The position numbers and the translations under genes were made by a program. A stretch of DNA of 64,000 nt from Candidatus Altimarinota bacterium (GTDB lineage: Bacteria > Patescibacteriota > Gracilibacteria > UBA1369 > GCA-2718715): assembly GCA_041242255.1 (NCBI GenBank), contig JBESAV010000001.1:936478-1000477 (forward strand), given 5' to 3'. How positions within the stretch are numbered: position 1 is the stretch's first letter; every line of letters begins with the position of its first letter. A model generated the notes under the pieces. It did no database searches, was not told where the DNA came from, and saw nothing but the letters and a program-made list of their open reading frames with translations. Below are positions 1 through 10,771 of the stretch, in pieces.

Positions 1-180
1 ATCTTTCTGAGAGTCATTTCTAGGAAGCTCAATCTTCAAGTAAACTAGATCCTTGGTAGAAGTCTTCTCCATCACATGATGCAAAACCCACCTCAACACT
101 TTCAAAGCATAGAAGAAACCTATCCCAAACAAAATCAGTAAAACCCATTGATTTGTAAGTATTGCTCGCAAAGTATCCAT
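1..180 (-). CDS. N-terminal fragment of a membrane-anchored protein running off the window edge; possibly a CPR-type VirD4/TraD-like coupling ATPase
   Basis: Manual translation from ATG at 180: MDTLRAILTNQWVLLILFGIGFFYALKVLRWVLHHVMEKTSTKDLVYLKIELPRNDSQKD, open to the edge. One TM helix then LxIxLPR. Family guess from memory only. Confidence 0.5.
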   Translation of the reverse strand, partial: MDTLRAILTNQWVLLILFGIGFFYALKVLRWVLHHVMEKTSTKDLVYLKIELPRNDSQKD

Positions 181-363
181 CAAATAATTTTATTCTCTTA
201 ATTTTAACACATTATACTGTCTTTCTCTATCTATTCACCTGATTCCCCTTTACAGGCCTGGCAGGATTACCTACAGCTATCTTTTCAAAAAAATTACTTA
301 ACTAGTCAATATTCGACAAAATACTACACCCTTGATATATTCCTCACAAACAAACCAACTCAA

Positions 364-984
364 ATGGACTTCTCAAAAATCGTACAAAATCGCCGTGCCT
401 GCCACTATTTCCAACCCGGAGTAAAAATCCCTCAAAAAGATTGGGAACAAATCTTTCAAGAAACCTCCCTCTCACCTTCCGGCTACAACTTACAACCATG
501 GGAATTCATCCTGATTCAAGAAACCAAAAACATCCAAAAAATCTCAGAAATAGCCTACAACCAAAGACATGTGCAAGATGCCTCAGCTATAATAATTGCT
601 CTTGCTGACACCAAAATAGACCGTCACGCCGACCGCATTACCCAACAATGGCTAGACCACAACTACCTAACCCCAAAGAAAGCTGACAGCTTCAAAGCTT
701 CCCTCACTAAAGAAAGACCTCAAGAAAAAAACGAAATCATGGCTCTGCGCAGCACATTACTTGCCTGCATGACCCTAATATACTCAGCTGAAAACCTAGG
801 CTACGCCACCTGCCCAATGATGGGCTTCCGCCAACTCCAAATGAAAAAACATCTAGAAATACCCGACGACAGAAAAATAGCTTTAATGATCGCCATCGGA
901 AAACGAGCCAAAGAACCGCTTCCAAGATTACCTAGAAAAACCTTTGAGGAATTAATTCACTTAGAGAAGTTTAAAGAGAAATAG
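364..984 (+). CDS. Nitroreductase family protein
   Basis: RRA.. start, SPSGYNLQPWEF, GYATCPMMGF and IAIGK motifs. Confidence 0.92.
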   Translation: MDFSKIVQNRRACHYFQPGVKIPQKDWEQIFQETSLSPSGYNLQPWEFILIQETKNIQKISEIAYNQRHVQDASAIIIALADTKIDRHADRITQQWLDHNYLTPKKADSFKASLTKERPQEKNEIMALRSTLLACMTLIYSAENLGYATCPMMGFRQLQMKKHLEIPDDRKIALMIAIGKRAKEPLPRLPRKTFEELIHLEKFKEK

Positions 985-1600
985 TATTATCTCTCAAAAC
1001 CAGCCCCAGTCTCCCACTAATATCCTCCTTTATCGACTTCAAAATCTCTCCTACCTCCAAGCTTCCATCCACTTCCACTACTCTACCGGACTCAAAGCTT
1101 TCTTCCATAAACTCCTCATACTCATCAAAGTATTGAAGAATGTTATTTCTTCTGAACTCAGCTTTCCAGTTTCTTTCACCGTTTAACCTTTCTAGCAAAG
1201 TATCACGATCAACCCTCAAAAAATAAACTACATCAGGCAAAAATGGTCTCTCAACATTCATACCAGTAAACCTTTCACTGAAAAACTCATTCGACAAATA
1301 ACATCTATCCATAAGCATAACTCTATTTCCAAACAATAAATCAAACTCATACAATTCTTCATTTATTGTTGAAAAAGCCTGACTCCAATCTTCTGATCTA
1401 GTCAGCCTATCTTTACTGAACTTTCTCCAATATTCACTGTAAGGATCATAATAATCAGTGTTCTCAACACCTTTTCCTGATCTACAAGCAGCCCCACGCA
1501 CAATAACTGGCTCAAGCTTTTGAGTCTCAAACCAGTCTTTCAGTAATGCCAATTGAGTGCCTTTTCCTGACCTATGCATTCCTTCTAAAGCTACTCTCAT
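971..1600 (-). CDS. Thymidylate kinase-like P-loop nucleotide kinase (divergent)
   Basis: ALEGMHRSGKGTQ P-loop, LMDR motif, PDVVYFLRVD..LLERL. Confidence 0.7.
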   Translation of the reverse strand: MRVALEGMHRSGKGTQLALLKDWFETQKLEPVIVRGAACRSGKGVENTDYYDPYSEYWRKFSKDRLTRSEDWSQAFSTINEELYEFDLLFGNRVMLMDRCYLSNEFFSERFTGMNVERPFLPDVVYFLRVDRDTLLERLNGERNWKAEFRRNNILQYFDEYEEFMEESFESGRVVEVDGSLEVGEILKSIKEDISGRLGLVLRDNTISL

Positions 1601-1656
1601 TTTTCAGTTCTTATTATTTACAAATCTAATCTACCTAATATAAACCAACATTGAAA

Positions 1657-3111
1657 CTATCTTTTTCTACCACCACGATTACGGCCACCTCCACCTCTTC
1701 TTCGCCTTCTTCTACCACCTGATCTTCCTCTTCTACGAGATCTACCACTTCTACCTCCACCTTTTCTGTCTAGATCTTTTATAAATCTTGAAAGTTTTTC
1801 TCCATATACTCCAATCTTATCTGGACCATCAACGCTAAATTCATCACTAACCAGATTCAAACTAACCAACTTCATAAACATTTCTTCCAAGTCCATCTCT
1901 TTTCCAAACTGCTTTGCAAATTCAACAGCTTCCTTACTTATCTTTTGATTTCTCAAAGATTCCATCAAACTATCCAGTTTCCCTGAAGCCAATGAACCTT
2001 TCGAAGGAAGTTCGACGTAAGACATTCTTTCACCCACATCTTTTCTAATCTTTCTAAGATCTCTATTTTCTCTTGGTGTAACCAAAGTAATGGCTTTCCC
2101 AGATTTACCTGCACGACCAGTTCTACCAATCCTGTGTACATAACTATCTGAATCAAAAGGAATATGGAAATTAATTACATGAGTAATCTCCTCCACATCC
2201 ATACCACGAGCAGCAACATCAGTTGCCACTAAAACTTCTACATCTTTATTTTTAAAACTATCTAAAACTTTTTCCCTATTTCTTTGGTCAATATCTCCAT
2301 GCAAAGCCTTAGCCACATAACCACGTCCCATCATCAAAGATGAAAGACGATCTACTTCTCTTTTAGTTCTACAGAAAATCACAACTTTATCAAAATCTTC
2401 CGCATCTAAAAGTCTGAAAACAGCATCATCACGCTCATTTTCTTCAATCACACAATAAAGCTCTTCAATACTATCATTAACTCTACGAGCATCATTATCT
2501 ACCAAAGAAATATGCTCTGGATCAAACAAAATATTTCTACTCAAATTTTTAATCTTATCAGACATAGTCGCAGAAAAAAGCAGTGTCTGCCTTTTCTTAG
2601 GAGTAAAACTAATTATCTCATGAATATCATCCGAAAACCCCATATCCAACATCTCATCTGCCTCATCCAATATCACCACTGATGGTGCAAAATCTTTAAT
2701 TTTCTTACCCTTAAGAAGATCAAGCATTCTCCCCGGAGTGGCAACAACAACTTGTGCTCCTCTTCGAATATGATCAATCTGTCTTTTATAAGAACTTCCA
2801 CCATAAACAGTAACAGTCTTGATACCAAGATTCTTACCAAAATTATACAATTCATCACTAACCTGATTTGCAAGCTCTCTCGTTGGAGTCATCACCAACA
2901 CCTGCACTTCTTTTTTAGTTGATAAATTATTTAGCACAGGCAAACCAAAAGCAGCTGTTTTACCAGTACCAGTATGTGCTTGTGCAATTAAATCTTTCCC
3001 AGCCAAAACAACCGGAATAGCTTTTTCTTGAATAGGACTCGGCTCTTTAAAGCCCATCTTATCAATACTTTCTAAAATTTCTTTTTTTAAACCTAAATTT
3101 TTAAAACTCAT
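1657..3111 (-). CDS. DEAD-box RNA helicase with RG-rich C-terminal tail
   Basis: Q motif, AHTGTGKT, PTRELA, DEAD, SAT, ARGMD, HRIGRTGR. Confidence 0.96.
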   Translation of the reverse strand: MSFKNLGLKKEILESIDKMGFKEPSPIQEKAIPVVLAGKDLIAQAHTGTGKTAAFGLPVLNNLSTKKEVQVLVMTPTRELANQVSDELYNFGKNLGIKTVTVYGGSSYKRQIDHIRRGAQVVVATPGRMLDLLKGKKIKDFAPSVVILDEADEMLDMGFSDDIHEIISFTPKKRQTLLFSATMSDKIKNLSRNILFDPEHISLVDNDARRVNDSIEELYCVIEENERDDAVFRLLDAEDFDKVVIFCRTKREVDRLSSLMMGRGYVAKALHGDIDQRNREKVLDSFKNKDVEVLVATDVAARGMDVEEITHVINFHIPFDSDSYVHRIGRTGRAGKSGKAITLVTPRENRDLRKIRKDVGERMSYVELPSKGSLASGKLDSLMESLRNQKISKEAVEFAKQFGKEMDLEEMFMKLVSLNLVSDEFSVDGPDKIGVYGEKLSRFIKDLDRKGGGRSGRSRRRGRSGGRRRRRRGGGGRNRGGRKR

Positions 3112-3337
3112 ATTTTTTATTAATCGAATAGTTTTATCAACTACTCAGCATTCTTCCAGTCTAATCCTCAAGCTATCCTTTCAACAAGAATGCGATAATC
3201 CGACTAATTTTCTCCTTTCATTGATTTTACGAAGCACACAGTAACACCCTTAACCATAAAACACAATAAAATTAAAATATTGCAAACAAAATAAATCCCA
3301 CATGAAACTAACCTAAAGGTTTATAGACCTTAATTTA

Positions 3338-5023
3338 CTAAAGCCCGCCACCTCTTACACTTGGCTCTCTGAATGAAAGCTCATAACTATAAGTATAATC
3401 AGGCCTTTCCTCAGCTGTATACTGACTATTTAAATATCTATTAATAGCTCTTTCAATCTCACTATCAACTATCACATTATCGGAGATTTGTTCTTTAGCT
3501 GACTCTGGCAAAGACAACCATATATTAAGATCATACAAGTCCTCACCTTCTACATCCAATCTCCTTACATCAGACCTAATAACATACCAACCTTGTGCAA
3601 GCTGGGACTCTAAAAACTCTCTAACATCTTCTTCCATAGACTCAGCATCTTCATCAACTTCAGCTACATAATTCAAAGGCACCCAGCTCAACTGAAACCG
3701 AACCTCTTCAAACTCATCAAATAAATCATCTAACAACTCTTCCTTTTCAGCATCACTAAAATCTTCGTTATCCTCCAAAGCATACACAAGCCTCAACCTT
3801 ACATTATCTTCTTCCCTCAAACTTTCATAATTAACCAAAACCTTTCCATCATACTCTGCAAAAGTTTTCCTTACAAAATCACCAATCATTCCCTCTAATT
3901 CCTGATTATCATCAATTTGCTTATTCAAAGTAGCTGTTCTAATAATATCTAAATTCAAATTAACCTCCCTATCTAGTCCTGTAGAAACCAAATCAATAAA
4001 TCTCTGCAAATCAGTCTCAAACAAAGTAACTTCCTCAGGCACCCTCAAGTCCAATCCAATCTCAATCTCATTTGGACTACCATTTACTTCAAGCTCACTT
4101 ATCTCACCAGAAGGAATCACAACCGCTAAAGAATTATCCAACTGATCCTCTACTGTATTATATAAGCTAATCCGAGACTGCTGAGCCTGTATACTCGCCA
4201 CCAAAGGAACCGAAAGTCCAACAGTTACAACAAGTAAAAACATTCCCCTAGCAATCACACTATATGACTTTTCTTTATGCGGATGAAAACCATACAAGAT
4301 AAACATTAAAACTCCCACCAAAATAATCGCTACAATATTTGTTGTATACAAAAGCGTAGCCCCTAATGCTTTTTCAATATTTCCAAAACCAATCTGAATT
4401 CCAATTACCCCAAGCGGAGGCATCAAGGAAGCAGCCATCGCCACCCCTGCAACACTTTGAGATAACCTCTTATAAACTAAAGCAAGTAATGCTATTACCG
4501 CAGAAAAAGCAGCTATAAACAAATCATATATATTCGGACTCACTCTCGCCAAAATCTCTGAAGTCTCTACCTGCAAAGGCACCAGTAAAACAACAAACAT
4601 AGCAATACCAACCGACAAAATAGAACTAGCCACAATCACACCCAAAGCCCTCCAAAACAAAGAACTTTTCCCTTCTGTTATAGCAAAAGCAAGAGCCTGC
4701 AAAGGTATAAATAAAGGCGCCAAAAGCATCGCTCCAATTACTACAGCAACGGAATTTTGTAGAAGCCCCAAAGTCGCAATCAAAGCTGACAATACAATCT
4801 GAGACCAATACAAAAGATCAACCTTTGAATCTTCCACCACAGTCCTAGAAATCTCTTCTTTTCCTTCATTACTTTGATCCATTAATGCAATCTTCTCAAA
4901 AGCATATGCTAATCTCTCATTCCACTTATCCCAAAAATCTTTCCCTTTCTCATCAATGGTTTTATCTAGATCCCCCAAAACTTTATCCTCTTTTTTATCA
5001 GTATTCATATATTTTGTTATCAC
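3338..5023 (-). CDS. DUF389/TIGR00341 family membrane protein with acidic C-terminal extracellular region
   Basis: IATLGLLQNSVAVVIGAMLLAPL, EILARVSPN, GVAMAASLMPPL. Confidence 0.85.
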   Translation of the reverse strand: MITKYMNTDKKEDKVLGDLDKTIDEKGKDFWDKWNERLAYAFEKIALMDQSNEGKEEISRTVVEDSKVDLLYWSQIVLSALIATLGLLQNSVAVVIGAMLLAPLFIPLQALAFAITEGKSSLFWRALGVIVASSILSVGIAMFVVLLVPLQVETSEILARVSPNIYDLFIAAFSAVIALLALVYKRLSQSVAGVAMAASLMPPLGVIGIQIGFGNIEKALGATLLYTTNIVAIILVGVLMFILYGFHPHKEKSYSVIARGMFLLVVTVGLSVPLVASIQAQQSRISLYNTVEDQLDNSLAVVIPSGEISELEVNGSPNEIEIGLDLRVPEEVTLFETDLQRFIDLVSTGLDREVNLNLDIIRTATLNKQIDDNQELEGMIGDFVRKTFAEYDGKVLVNYESLREEDNVRLRLVYALEDNEDFSDAEKEELLDDLFDEFEEVRFQLSWVPLNYVAEVDEDAESMEEDVREFLESQLAQGWYVIRSDVRRLDVEGEDLYDLNIWLSLPESAKEQISDNVIVDSEIERAINRYLNSQYTAEERPDYTYSYELSFREPSVRGGGL

Positions 5024-5032
5024 ATTATTATA

Positions 5033-5506
5033 TCACATTCCTTCCCATACTAAAAGAACCTCCTTTAGTTTCAAATCATAAAAATACCCACCTAGTTTCC
5101 CACCAGAAGCTACAACTCTATGACAAGGAATTACAAATGCAAAAGGGTTTCTAGAGCATGCATTTGCTACAGCCCTGAAAGACCTAGGCCTACCAATCTC
5201 TTCAGCAACCTCCCCATAACTCCAAGCCTCACCGCGTGGTATTACACATATTTTCTTCCAAACACTTTCCTGAAACTCAGTTCCACTCCAGTTAAATCTA
5301 TCTAAATGCTCAGCTACTTCTGTCTTACCTTCTACACAATCTTCTAAAAACCCTAAGTCATTCTCAGATAACTCATCACCTATCCAAACAAATTCAACCT
5401 CAGGCTTACCAGTTATTTCAAACTTATCTAAATATATTTTCTCATATTTACCCCCAACTTTTCTAACCATCACCCAGATTCTCATTGTTGTAAAGTTAAC
5501 TTTCAA
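5033..5506 (-). CDS. ogt: Methylated-DNA-protein-cysteine methyltransferase (true start may be ATG 5485)
   Basis: IPRGEAWSYGEVA, RAVANAC..NP, IPCHRVV active site. Confidence 0.92.
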   Translation of the reverse strand: MKVNFTTMRIWVMVRKVGGKYEKIYLDKFEITGKPEVEFVWIGDELSENDLGFLEDCVEGKTEVAEHLDRFNWSGTEFQESVWKKICVIPRGEAWSYGEVAEEIGRPRSFRAVANACSRNPFAFVIPCHRVVASGGKLGGYFYDLKLKEVLLVWEGM

Positions 5507-5565
5507 AACCTATGGTGACTATACTCTCACCTCAATATATAATCAATTCAAACTAATTTACAAAA

Positions 5566-6816
5566 ATGAATTCTAACCTCCAAAGCCAGATCAAGTGTCC
5601 TCATTGCCAAAACCAGATAAGCTTAGACCAAGCACTCCAAGGACAACTCCAAGAACACATGCAACAAGCTATCAAAGACCAAGAAAAAGAATACAAAGCT
5701 TCCATACAAGAGCTCAACAAAAAACTTGAATCCCAACAACAAAACCTCCAAAAAAAACATCAAGAAGAACTTCAAAAGAAAGAAAATCAGATCAAAAAAG
5801 AACTATGGGAAAAAGCTCAACTTGAAGCCAAAAAGAAACAAGACCTACAAGTAAAAACCCTCCAAGATCAAACCAAAGAGCAAGAAGAACTAATCCAAAA
5901 ACTCTCCAAAGAACAATCCGAATTACTCAAACAACAACGCCAACTTCAACAAAAAGAAAAACAACTCGAATTAGACTTACAAAAAAGACTAAACCAAGAA
6001 ACCGAAAAAATACAAAAAGAACTCACCAAAAACCTCCAAGAGGAACAAGCTCTCAAAATCAAAGAAAAAGACCAACAAATGGAGCAACTTCGAAAAACAA
6101 TCGAAGAACTTAAAAGGAAATCAGAACAAGGATCTCAACAAACCCAAGGTGACGCCTTAGAAAACGACATTAAAGAGATTCTTCAAAGAGAATTCTTCCA
6201 GGACAATATCGAAGATGTACCAACCGGAATAAAAGGAGCAGACCTAATCCACAAGATCAATAACTCTCTAGGCCAACACAGCGGTACTATTCTGTGGGAG
6301 ATCAAAAACACTAAAGCCTGGAATCAAGATTGGATCAAAAAACTCAAAGACGACCAAGCCAAATCACAATCAGATCTGTGTATCATCGTATCCAGAACAT
6401 TACCAGATGACATAGAAAACTTCGCCTTCCAAGATGGAGTTTGGATAACTCACACACGTTACGCTCTTGAAGTAGCTAGATTAACTCGGAAATACATTCT
6501 AGACCTATCCAATGCTAAAGAATCACAAGCTAACAAAGGCTCCAAAATGGAACTCCTCTACGACTACCTATCATCCAAGCAATTTAAAAACAGAATTGAA
6601 AATATCGTTTCAGCATTCGACACAATGCGTACAGATTTAGAAAAAGAAAGAAGAGCCATGGAAAGAATTTGGGCTAAAAGATCAAAAGAAATTGATCGTG
6701 TAATTCTAAACACCTCAGGTATGCACGGCGACTTCCAAGGAATAATTGGAAACTCACTCGACCACATCAACCTTCTTCAACTTGAAGAAGATGTATCGCT
6801 AGATGATATTGCTTGA
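5566..6816 (+). CDS. DUF2130 domain coiled-coil protein
   Basis: IKCPHC N-terminus, long Q/K/E coiled coil, SQQTQGDALE, ILWEIKNTKAWNQDWIKKLKDDQ. Confidence 0.85.
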   Translation: MNSNLQSQIKCPHCQNQISLDQALQGQLQEHMQQAIKDQEKEYKASIQELNKKLESQQQNLQKKHQEELQKKENQIKKELWEKAQLEAKKKQDLQVKTLQDQTKEQEELIQKLSKEQSELLKQQRQLQQKEKQLELDLQKRLNQETEKIQKELTKNLQEEQALKIKEKDQQMEQLRKTIEELKRKSEQGSQQTQGDALENDIKEILQREFFQDNIEDVPTGIKGADLIHKINNSLGQHSGTILWEIKNTKAWNQDWIKKLKDDQAKSQSDLCIIVSRTLPDDIENFAFQDGVWITHTRYALEVARLTRKYILDLSNAKESQANKGSKMELLYDYLSSKQFKNRIENIVSAFDTMRTDLEKERRAMERIWAKRSKEIDRVILNTSGMHGDFQGIIGNSLDHINLLQLEEDVSLDDIA

Positions 6817-8204
6817 TTCTTTCTCCATACATAAGCACTCAATAGCAAAATCATCACCAAGACATATAAAGACACTAGCAAACCTCTATCTAAACCATCC
6901 AACTCTACCACTAAAAACTCCCATCTACTCACAAGCTCAACAATCACAAAGAAAACTCTTCCTAAAATTTCAATTATAAAAACGACCAGCCACGTAAATA
7001 CACCAAATGGAAAAATAAACTCCCCAAGAAAAACTAAAACTCCTAAAAACATTAAAACCGGTAAAAAAGGGGCCACCAAAACATTTGCCACCGGAGAAAC
7101 CAAAGAAAAATAATCAAACTTCAAAAGTATCAAAGGAGTAGTAAAAACTTGAGCAAACATAGTCATCAAAAAAGCTTCTTTTAAACCAAGGAAGTCTTTT
7201 TCCGGATCAAAATCAATAATTTTACCACCCATTACTACACCAATTGTAGCTAAAACAGATAAATGAAATGATGCATCGAAATACAAATAGGCAGGATTCC
7301 AAAACCCCATCATCAAAACACATACCAATAAAATCCTCCAAAAATTTCTCACATTACCAGACCTCACACCCCACAGTGTCAAAACACCCATTATACAAGC
7401 TCTCAAAACACTTGCAGATAACCCTGTTAAGAACGCAAATCCAACCAAACTTAAAACCTCAATATAAAATCTAGACCTCCTTGGCACCCACCAAAACAAC
7501 TTTTCAATAACCAACAAAACTAAAGCCACATTATATCCAGAAACCGCAATAATATGAGTCAAACCAGTTCTGGCAAAATCATCCATTATATCCTCAGCAA
7601 AACCTCTCCTTGAACCCAAAATAATACCATTCATCAAACTACTAACCGGCTCCAAAAGAACATCATCAAAATAACCAATAGTATAATTCTTAAAGCGTAA
7701 GATACTTTTCCTCAAATCAAAACCACCTCTCACAAATTCAATCAATTCTCCTACACACAACCCTTCAACCTTAAAAATCCTCAAATAATTTTTATACGAA
7801 AAACCATCCTCCTCAAAAGGCTCCTCTAAAACACAATTCAAAACAACTTCATCTCCTATCTCAAACATATTCTCCAAATCATCCTTCCACAAAATCCGAG
7901 TATCAAACTCATCACTACACACCACATACCTAACGTCATTTCGCCTAATATCAGGCTCCAAACAAATTTCACCAGAAACTATGACCACATCACCATTATC
8001 CAATACACCATCCAATTCCCCTACTCCCATAAAACTAAAAACTCTCAAAATCACAAAACCAACTAACAACAAATACCACCAACTCAAGCTATACCCCTTA
8101 CATAAAGTCAATAATAAACATAACCCTAAAACACTCCACCAGAAAGGCACATAAAAAATTAAATAAAAACATCCAACCAAAAATACTAAAAATGTTAATT
8201 CCAA
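6777..8204 (-). CDS. comEC: ComEC/Rec2 competence protein (no C-terminal beta-lactamase domain)
   Basis: TGLTHIIAVSGYNV, SVLRACIM, SFHLSVLAT, PVANVLVAP; multiple TM helices. Confidence 0.9.
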   Translation of the reverse strand: MELTFLVFLVGCFYLIFYVPFWWSVLGLCLLLTLCKGYSLSWWYLLLVGFVILRVFSFMGVGELDGVLDNGDVVIVSGEICLEPDIRRNDVRYVVCSDEFDTRILWKDDLENMFEIGDEVVLNCVLEEPFEEDGFSYKNYLRIFKVEGLCVGELIEFVRGGFDLRKSILRFKNYTIGYFDDVLLEPVSSLMNGIILGSRRGFAEDIMDDFARTGLTHIIAVSGYNVALVLLVIEKLFWWVPRRSRFYIEVLSLVGFAFLTGLSASVLRACIMGVLTLWGVRSGNVRNFWRILLVCVLMMGFWNPAYLYFDASFHLSVLATIGVVMGGKIIDFDPEKDFLGLKEAFLMTMFAQVFTTPLILLKFDYFSLVSPVANVLVAPFLPVLMFLGVLVFLGEFIFPFGVFTWLVVFIIEILGRVFFVIVELVSRWEFLVVELDGLDRGLLVSLYVLVMILLLSAYVWRKNQAISSSDTSSSS

Positions 8205-8307
8205 TAATTCAAACTTAGTAACAACTCAATTTTAAATCTCACAATTTACCAAAACTTTAAAACCAAGCCACAAAAACCTAAAAAAACAAATTCTTTTTCC
8301 TAAAAGT

Positions 8308-9927
8308 TTGCTAGAATACACTCACATTCTCGTAATTCAATTTATGAATTTTCAAAGTCATAAAGTTCCCAAAAACAAACTTAGCAAAGAAGATAAACCT
8401 AAAAGAAAGATAAGATACAAACTGATATTGATACTTTTAATACTAATATCAGGTACCACATTTGCCTTAAAATCCGAACTACCACAAAAGGTCATTAAAG
8501 ATGCAGTCGTAAACAACATAGCCAAAGAACTCAAACAAGATGAACTCGGCTACACAAACTTCCTACTCATGGGAACCGGAGGAGAAGGCCATGACGGAAG
8601 CGACCTAACAGATACTCTAATTATAGCTTCAGTAAATCCATCAACCTCATCAAGCATCCTTACTTCAGTACCACGTGATTTATACGTATCCCATCCAGAG
8701 ATTATCTCCCAAAGAATAAATAGCGTATACGCAAACCAAAAATATCAATCTTCACACCAAGAAGCAGCTCTAGTTCTCGAAGAAGTTTTAGAAGATCTTA
8801 CCAATATCGATATTCACTATAATATAAAAATAGACTTCCAGGCCCTCGTAGAAATAGTCGACGAACTAGGTGGAGTTACAGTCGAGAACCAAGAAGCTAT
8901 TTATGATCCTGAATATCCAGGACCAAATCACACCTATCAAACCTTCTCACTACCAAAAGGTATTCAAGAACTTGATGGAGCAACAGCACTTAAATTTGCT
9001 AGAAGTAGAAAATCCACAAGTGATTTCGACAGATCCAGACGTCAACAACAACTTATCTACGCAATGAAGGATAAAGCAATCAAAAGTAACCTAACTTCAA
9101 ATCCAACCTTATTAACCAACATTTACCGAAGTGTATCCGAACATATTGAAACAAACTTAGAGCTCAGAGAAATTCTTACTTTAGCCAAACTTGCTCAAGA
9201 ATTCCCAGTTGAAGGATTAGTCAACCTACCAGTACACGATGACCCAAACCAAAAAGGAGGATTCTTATACAATCCACCAAGATCAGAATACTCCAATGCC
9301 TACGTACTTATCCCAGCAGACACAACAAATAGCCAAATACACACCTACTTCAGCCTACATCGTAAGTACCCATTCTCAATGGAATCAAATGCAGAAATCA
9401 ATCTATTCAACGGAACAGACATTAACGGCTTTGCTGGATCAGTTAAACAAAACCTAAAACGCTTTGGATTCACTGTTAACCGCACAGCCAACGCAGACAA
9501 TGACCAATACGAACTTTCTCAAATCGAAATCATTGGTCAAAATGAACTATTAGCTCAACAAGTAACAGAAAGTATAAATCAACTACTTGAAATACCAACA
9601 TCTCAAATCACCTACACTCCCATAGAACTAGATGAAAACCAAACACCTGTCCAAGAATCAGATATACTAACTGATCAAGTTACAATCAATATAACTCTAG
9701 GACAAGACCTCAAAGAAATAACTCAAAAACTCGATGTTTACTCTTCTCTAAACAGTCGAATTCAACAAGCAATCCAAGAAAACCGAGAAGCTCAAAACCC
9801 AACCGAAAGCGAAGAAGAAACAGACGAAGAATCAACAGAACCTCAAGAAGAATCATCTGACTCAAGTGACGAAAATCAAGAAAACCCAGAAAGTACTTCT
9901 GAAACAGAAGATAATCCAACTACATGA
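8308..9927 (+). CDS. LCP (LytR-CpsA-Psr) family protein with LytR_C domain and acidic tail (start may be ATG 8344)
   Basis: TDTLI, SVPRDLYV, RINSVY, ALKFARSR, SDFDRSRRQQ, NGT..GFA. Confidence 0.92.
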   Translation: MLEYTHILVIQFMNFQSHKVPKNKLSKEDKPKRKIRYKLILILLILISGTTFALKSELPQKVIKDAVVNNIAKELKQDELGYTNFLLMGTGGEGHDGSDLTDTLIIASVNPSTSSSILTSVPRDLYVSHPEIISQRINSVYANQKYQSSHQEAALVLEEVLEDLTNIDIHYNIKIDFQALVEIVDELGGVTVENQEAIYDPEYPGPNHTYQTFSLPKGIQELDGATALKFARSRKSTSDFDRSRRQQQLIYAMKDKAIKSNLTSNPTLLTNIYRSVSEHIETNLELREILTLAKLAQEFPVEGLVNLPVHDDPNQKGGFLYNPPRSEYSNAYVLIPADTTNSQIHTYFSLHRKYPFSMESNAEINLFNGTDINGFAGSVKQNLKRFGFTVNRTANADNDQYELSQIEIIGQNELLAQQVTESINQLLEIPTSQITYTPIELDENQTPVQESDILTDQVTINITLGQDLKEITQKLDVYSSLNSRIQQAIQENREAQNPTESEEETDEESTEPQEESSDSSDENQENPESTSETEDNPTT

Positions 9928-10769
9928 TAGAAATCATATTATCCATATTTATCAATTTATTGTTCAACCCACACTCAGCTGATCTACAAGCAACTCAAGC
10001 TGAACAAATCACTCAACCAACTTTCATCTCTAGCGAAAGACCAGTTTTAACTGCTAAAAGTTATCTACTATTCGATCAAAACTCAAATTCAGTACTAATT
10101 TCCGAAAACCCTAATCAGAAACTACCAATTGCCAGCCTAACTAAACTCATCACAGCTCACATCATTTCTCAAGAAAACGACCTTCAAGAAGTTGTAACCG
10201 TACCACTCGAAGCTACTCGAGTTGGTGGATCAACTATGTATTTAAGAGCAGGAGAAAGAATCACTATTGAAAATCTACTTAAAGGTCTTCTAATAAACTC
10301 AGCTAATGATGCAGCCATAACACTAGCCGTTCACAACGCAGGAAGCACAGAAGAATTTGTCCAAAAAATGAACCAGTATGCTCTTGATTTAAACATGAAC
10401 GATTCACACTTCAGCAATCCAATGGGGTATGACTCACCTGAAAATTACTCAACCGCAAGCGACCTTCTTAATATAACACTACAAGTTATCCAAAACCCAA
10501 ACCTCACAAACTTCGCTAATATCCAATCAACCACAGTAACCTCATCTAACGGACTCATTTCACATAATCTCAGAAATACAAATAAAGAACTACAAAACTT
10601 CCAACAAATCAACGGTCTTAAAACTGGTACAACCAACACAGCCGGACAATGCCTAATCTCTACAACCAATCAATCCAACCCTCAAATATCCATAATTATA
10701 GGTAGCAACAGTCGTTTCCAAGACACAAAAACTATGCTAGATTGGGCCAAAAATAACATTAAGTACTAG
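9924..10769 (+). CDS. D-alanyl-D-alanine carboxypeptidase (peptidase S11)
   Basis: ASLTK (SxxK), SANDAA (SxN), GLKTGTT (KTG); ATGA overlap with the LCP gene. Confidence 0.92.
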   Translation: MIEIILSIFINLLFNPHSADLQATQAEQITQPTFISSERPVLTAKSYLLFDQNSNSVLISENPNQKLPIASLTKLITAHIISQENDLQEVVTVPLEATRVGGSTMYLRAGERITIENLLKGLLINSANDAAITLAVHNAGSTEEFVQKMNQYALDLNMNDSHFSNPMGYDSPENYSTASDLLNITLQVIQNPNLTNFANIQSTTVTSSNGLISHNLRNTNKELQNFQQINGLKTGTTNTAGQCLISTTNQSNPQISIIIGSNSRFQDTKTMLDWAKNNIKY

Positions 10770-10771
10770 TT

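Noticed and set aside
5640-6120. CAA/GAA/AAA-rich quasi-repeats
   Set aside because: Coiled-coil coding sequence of DUF2130 combined with strand skew, not a DNA repeat
6777-6816. 40-nt convergent overlap of DUF2130 and comEC
   Set aside because: Short tail-to-tail overlaps are common in compact genomes
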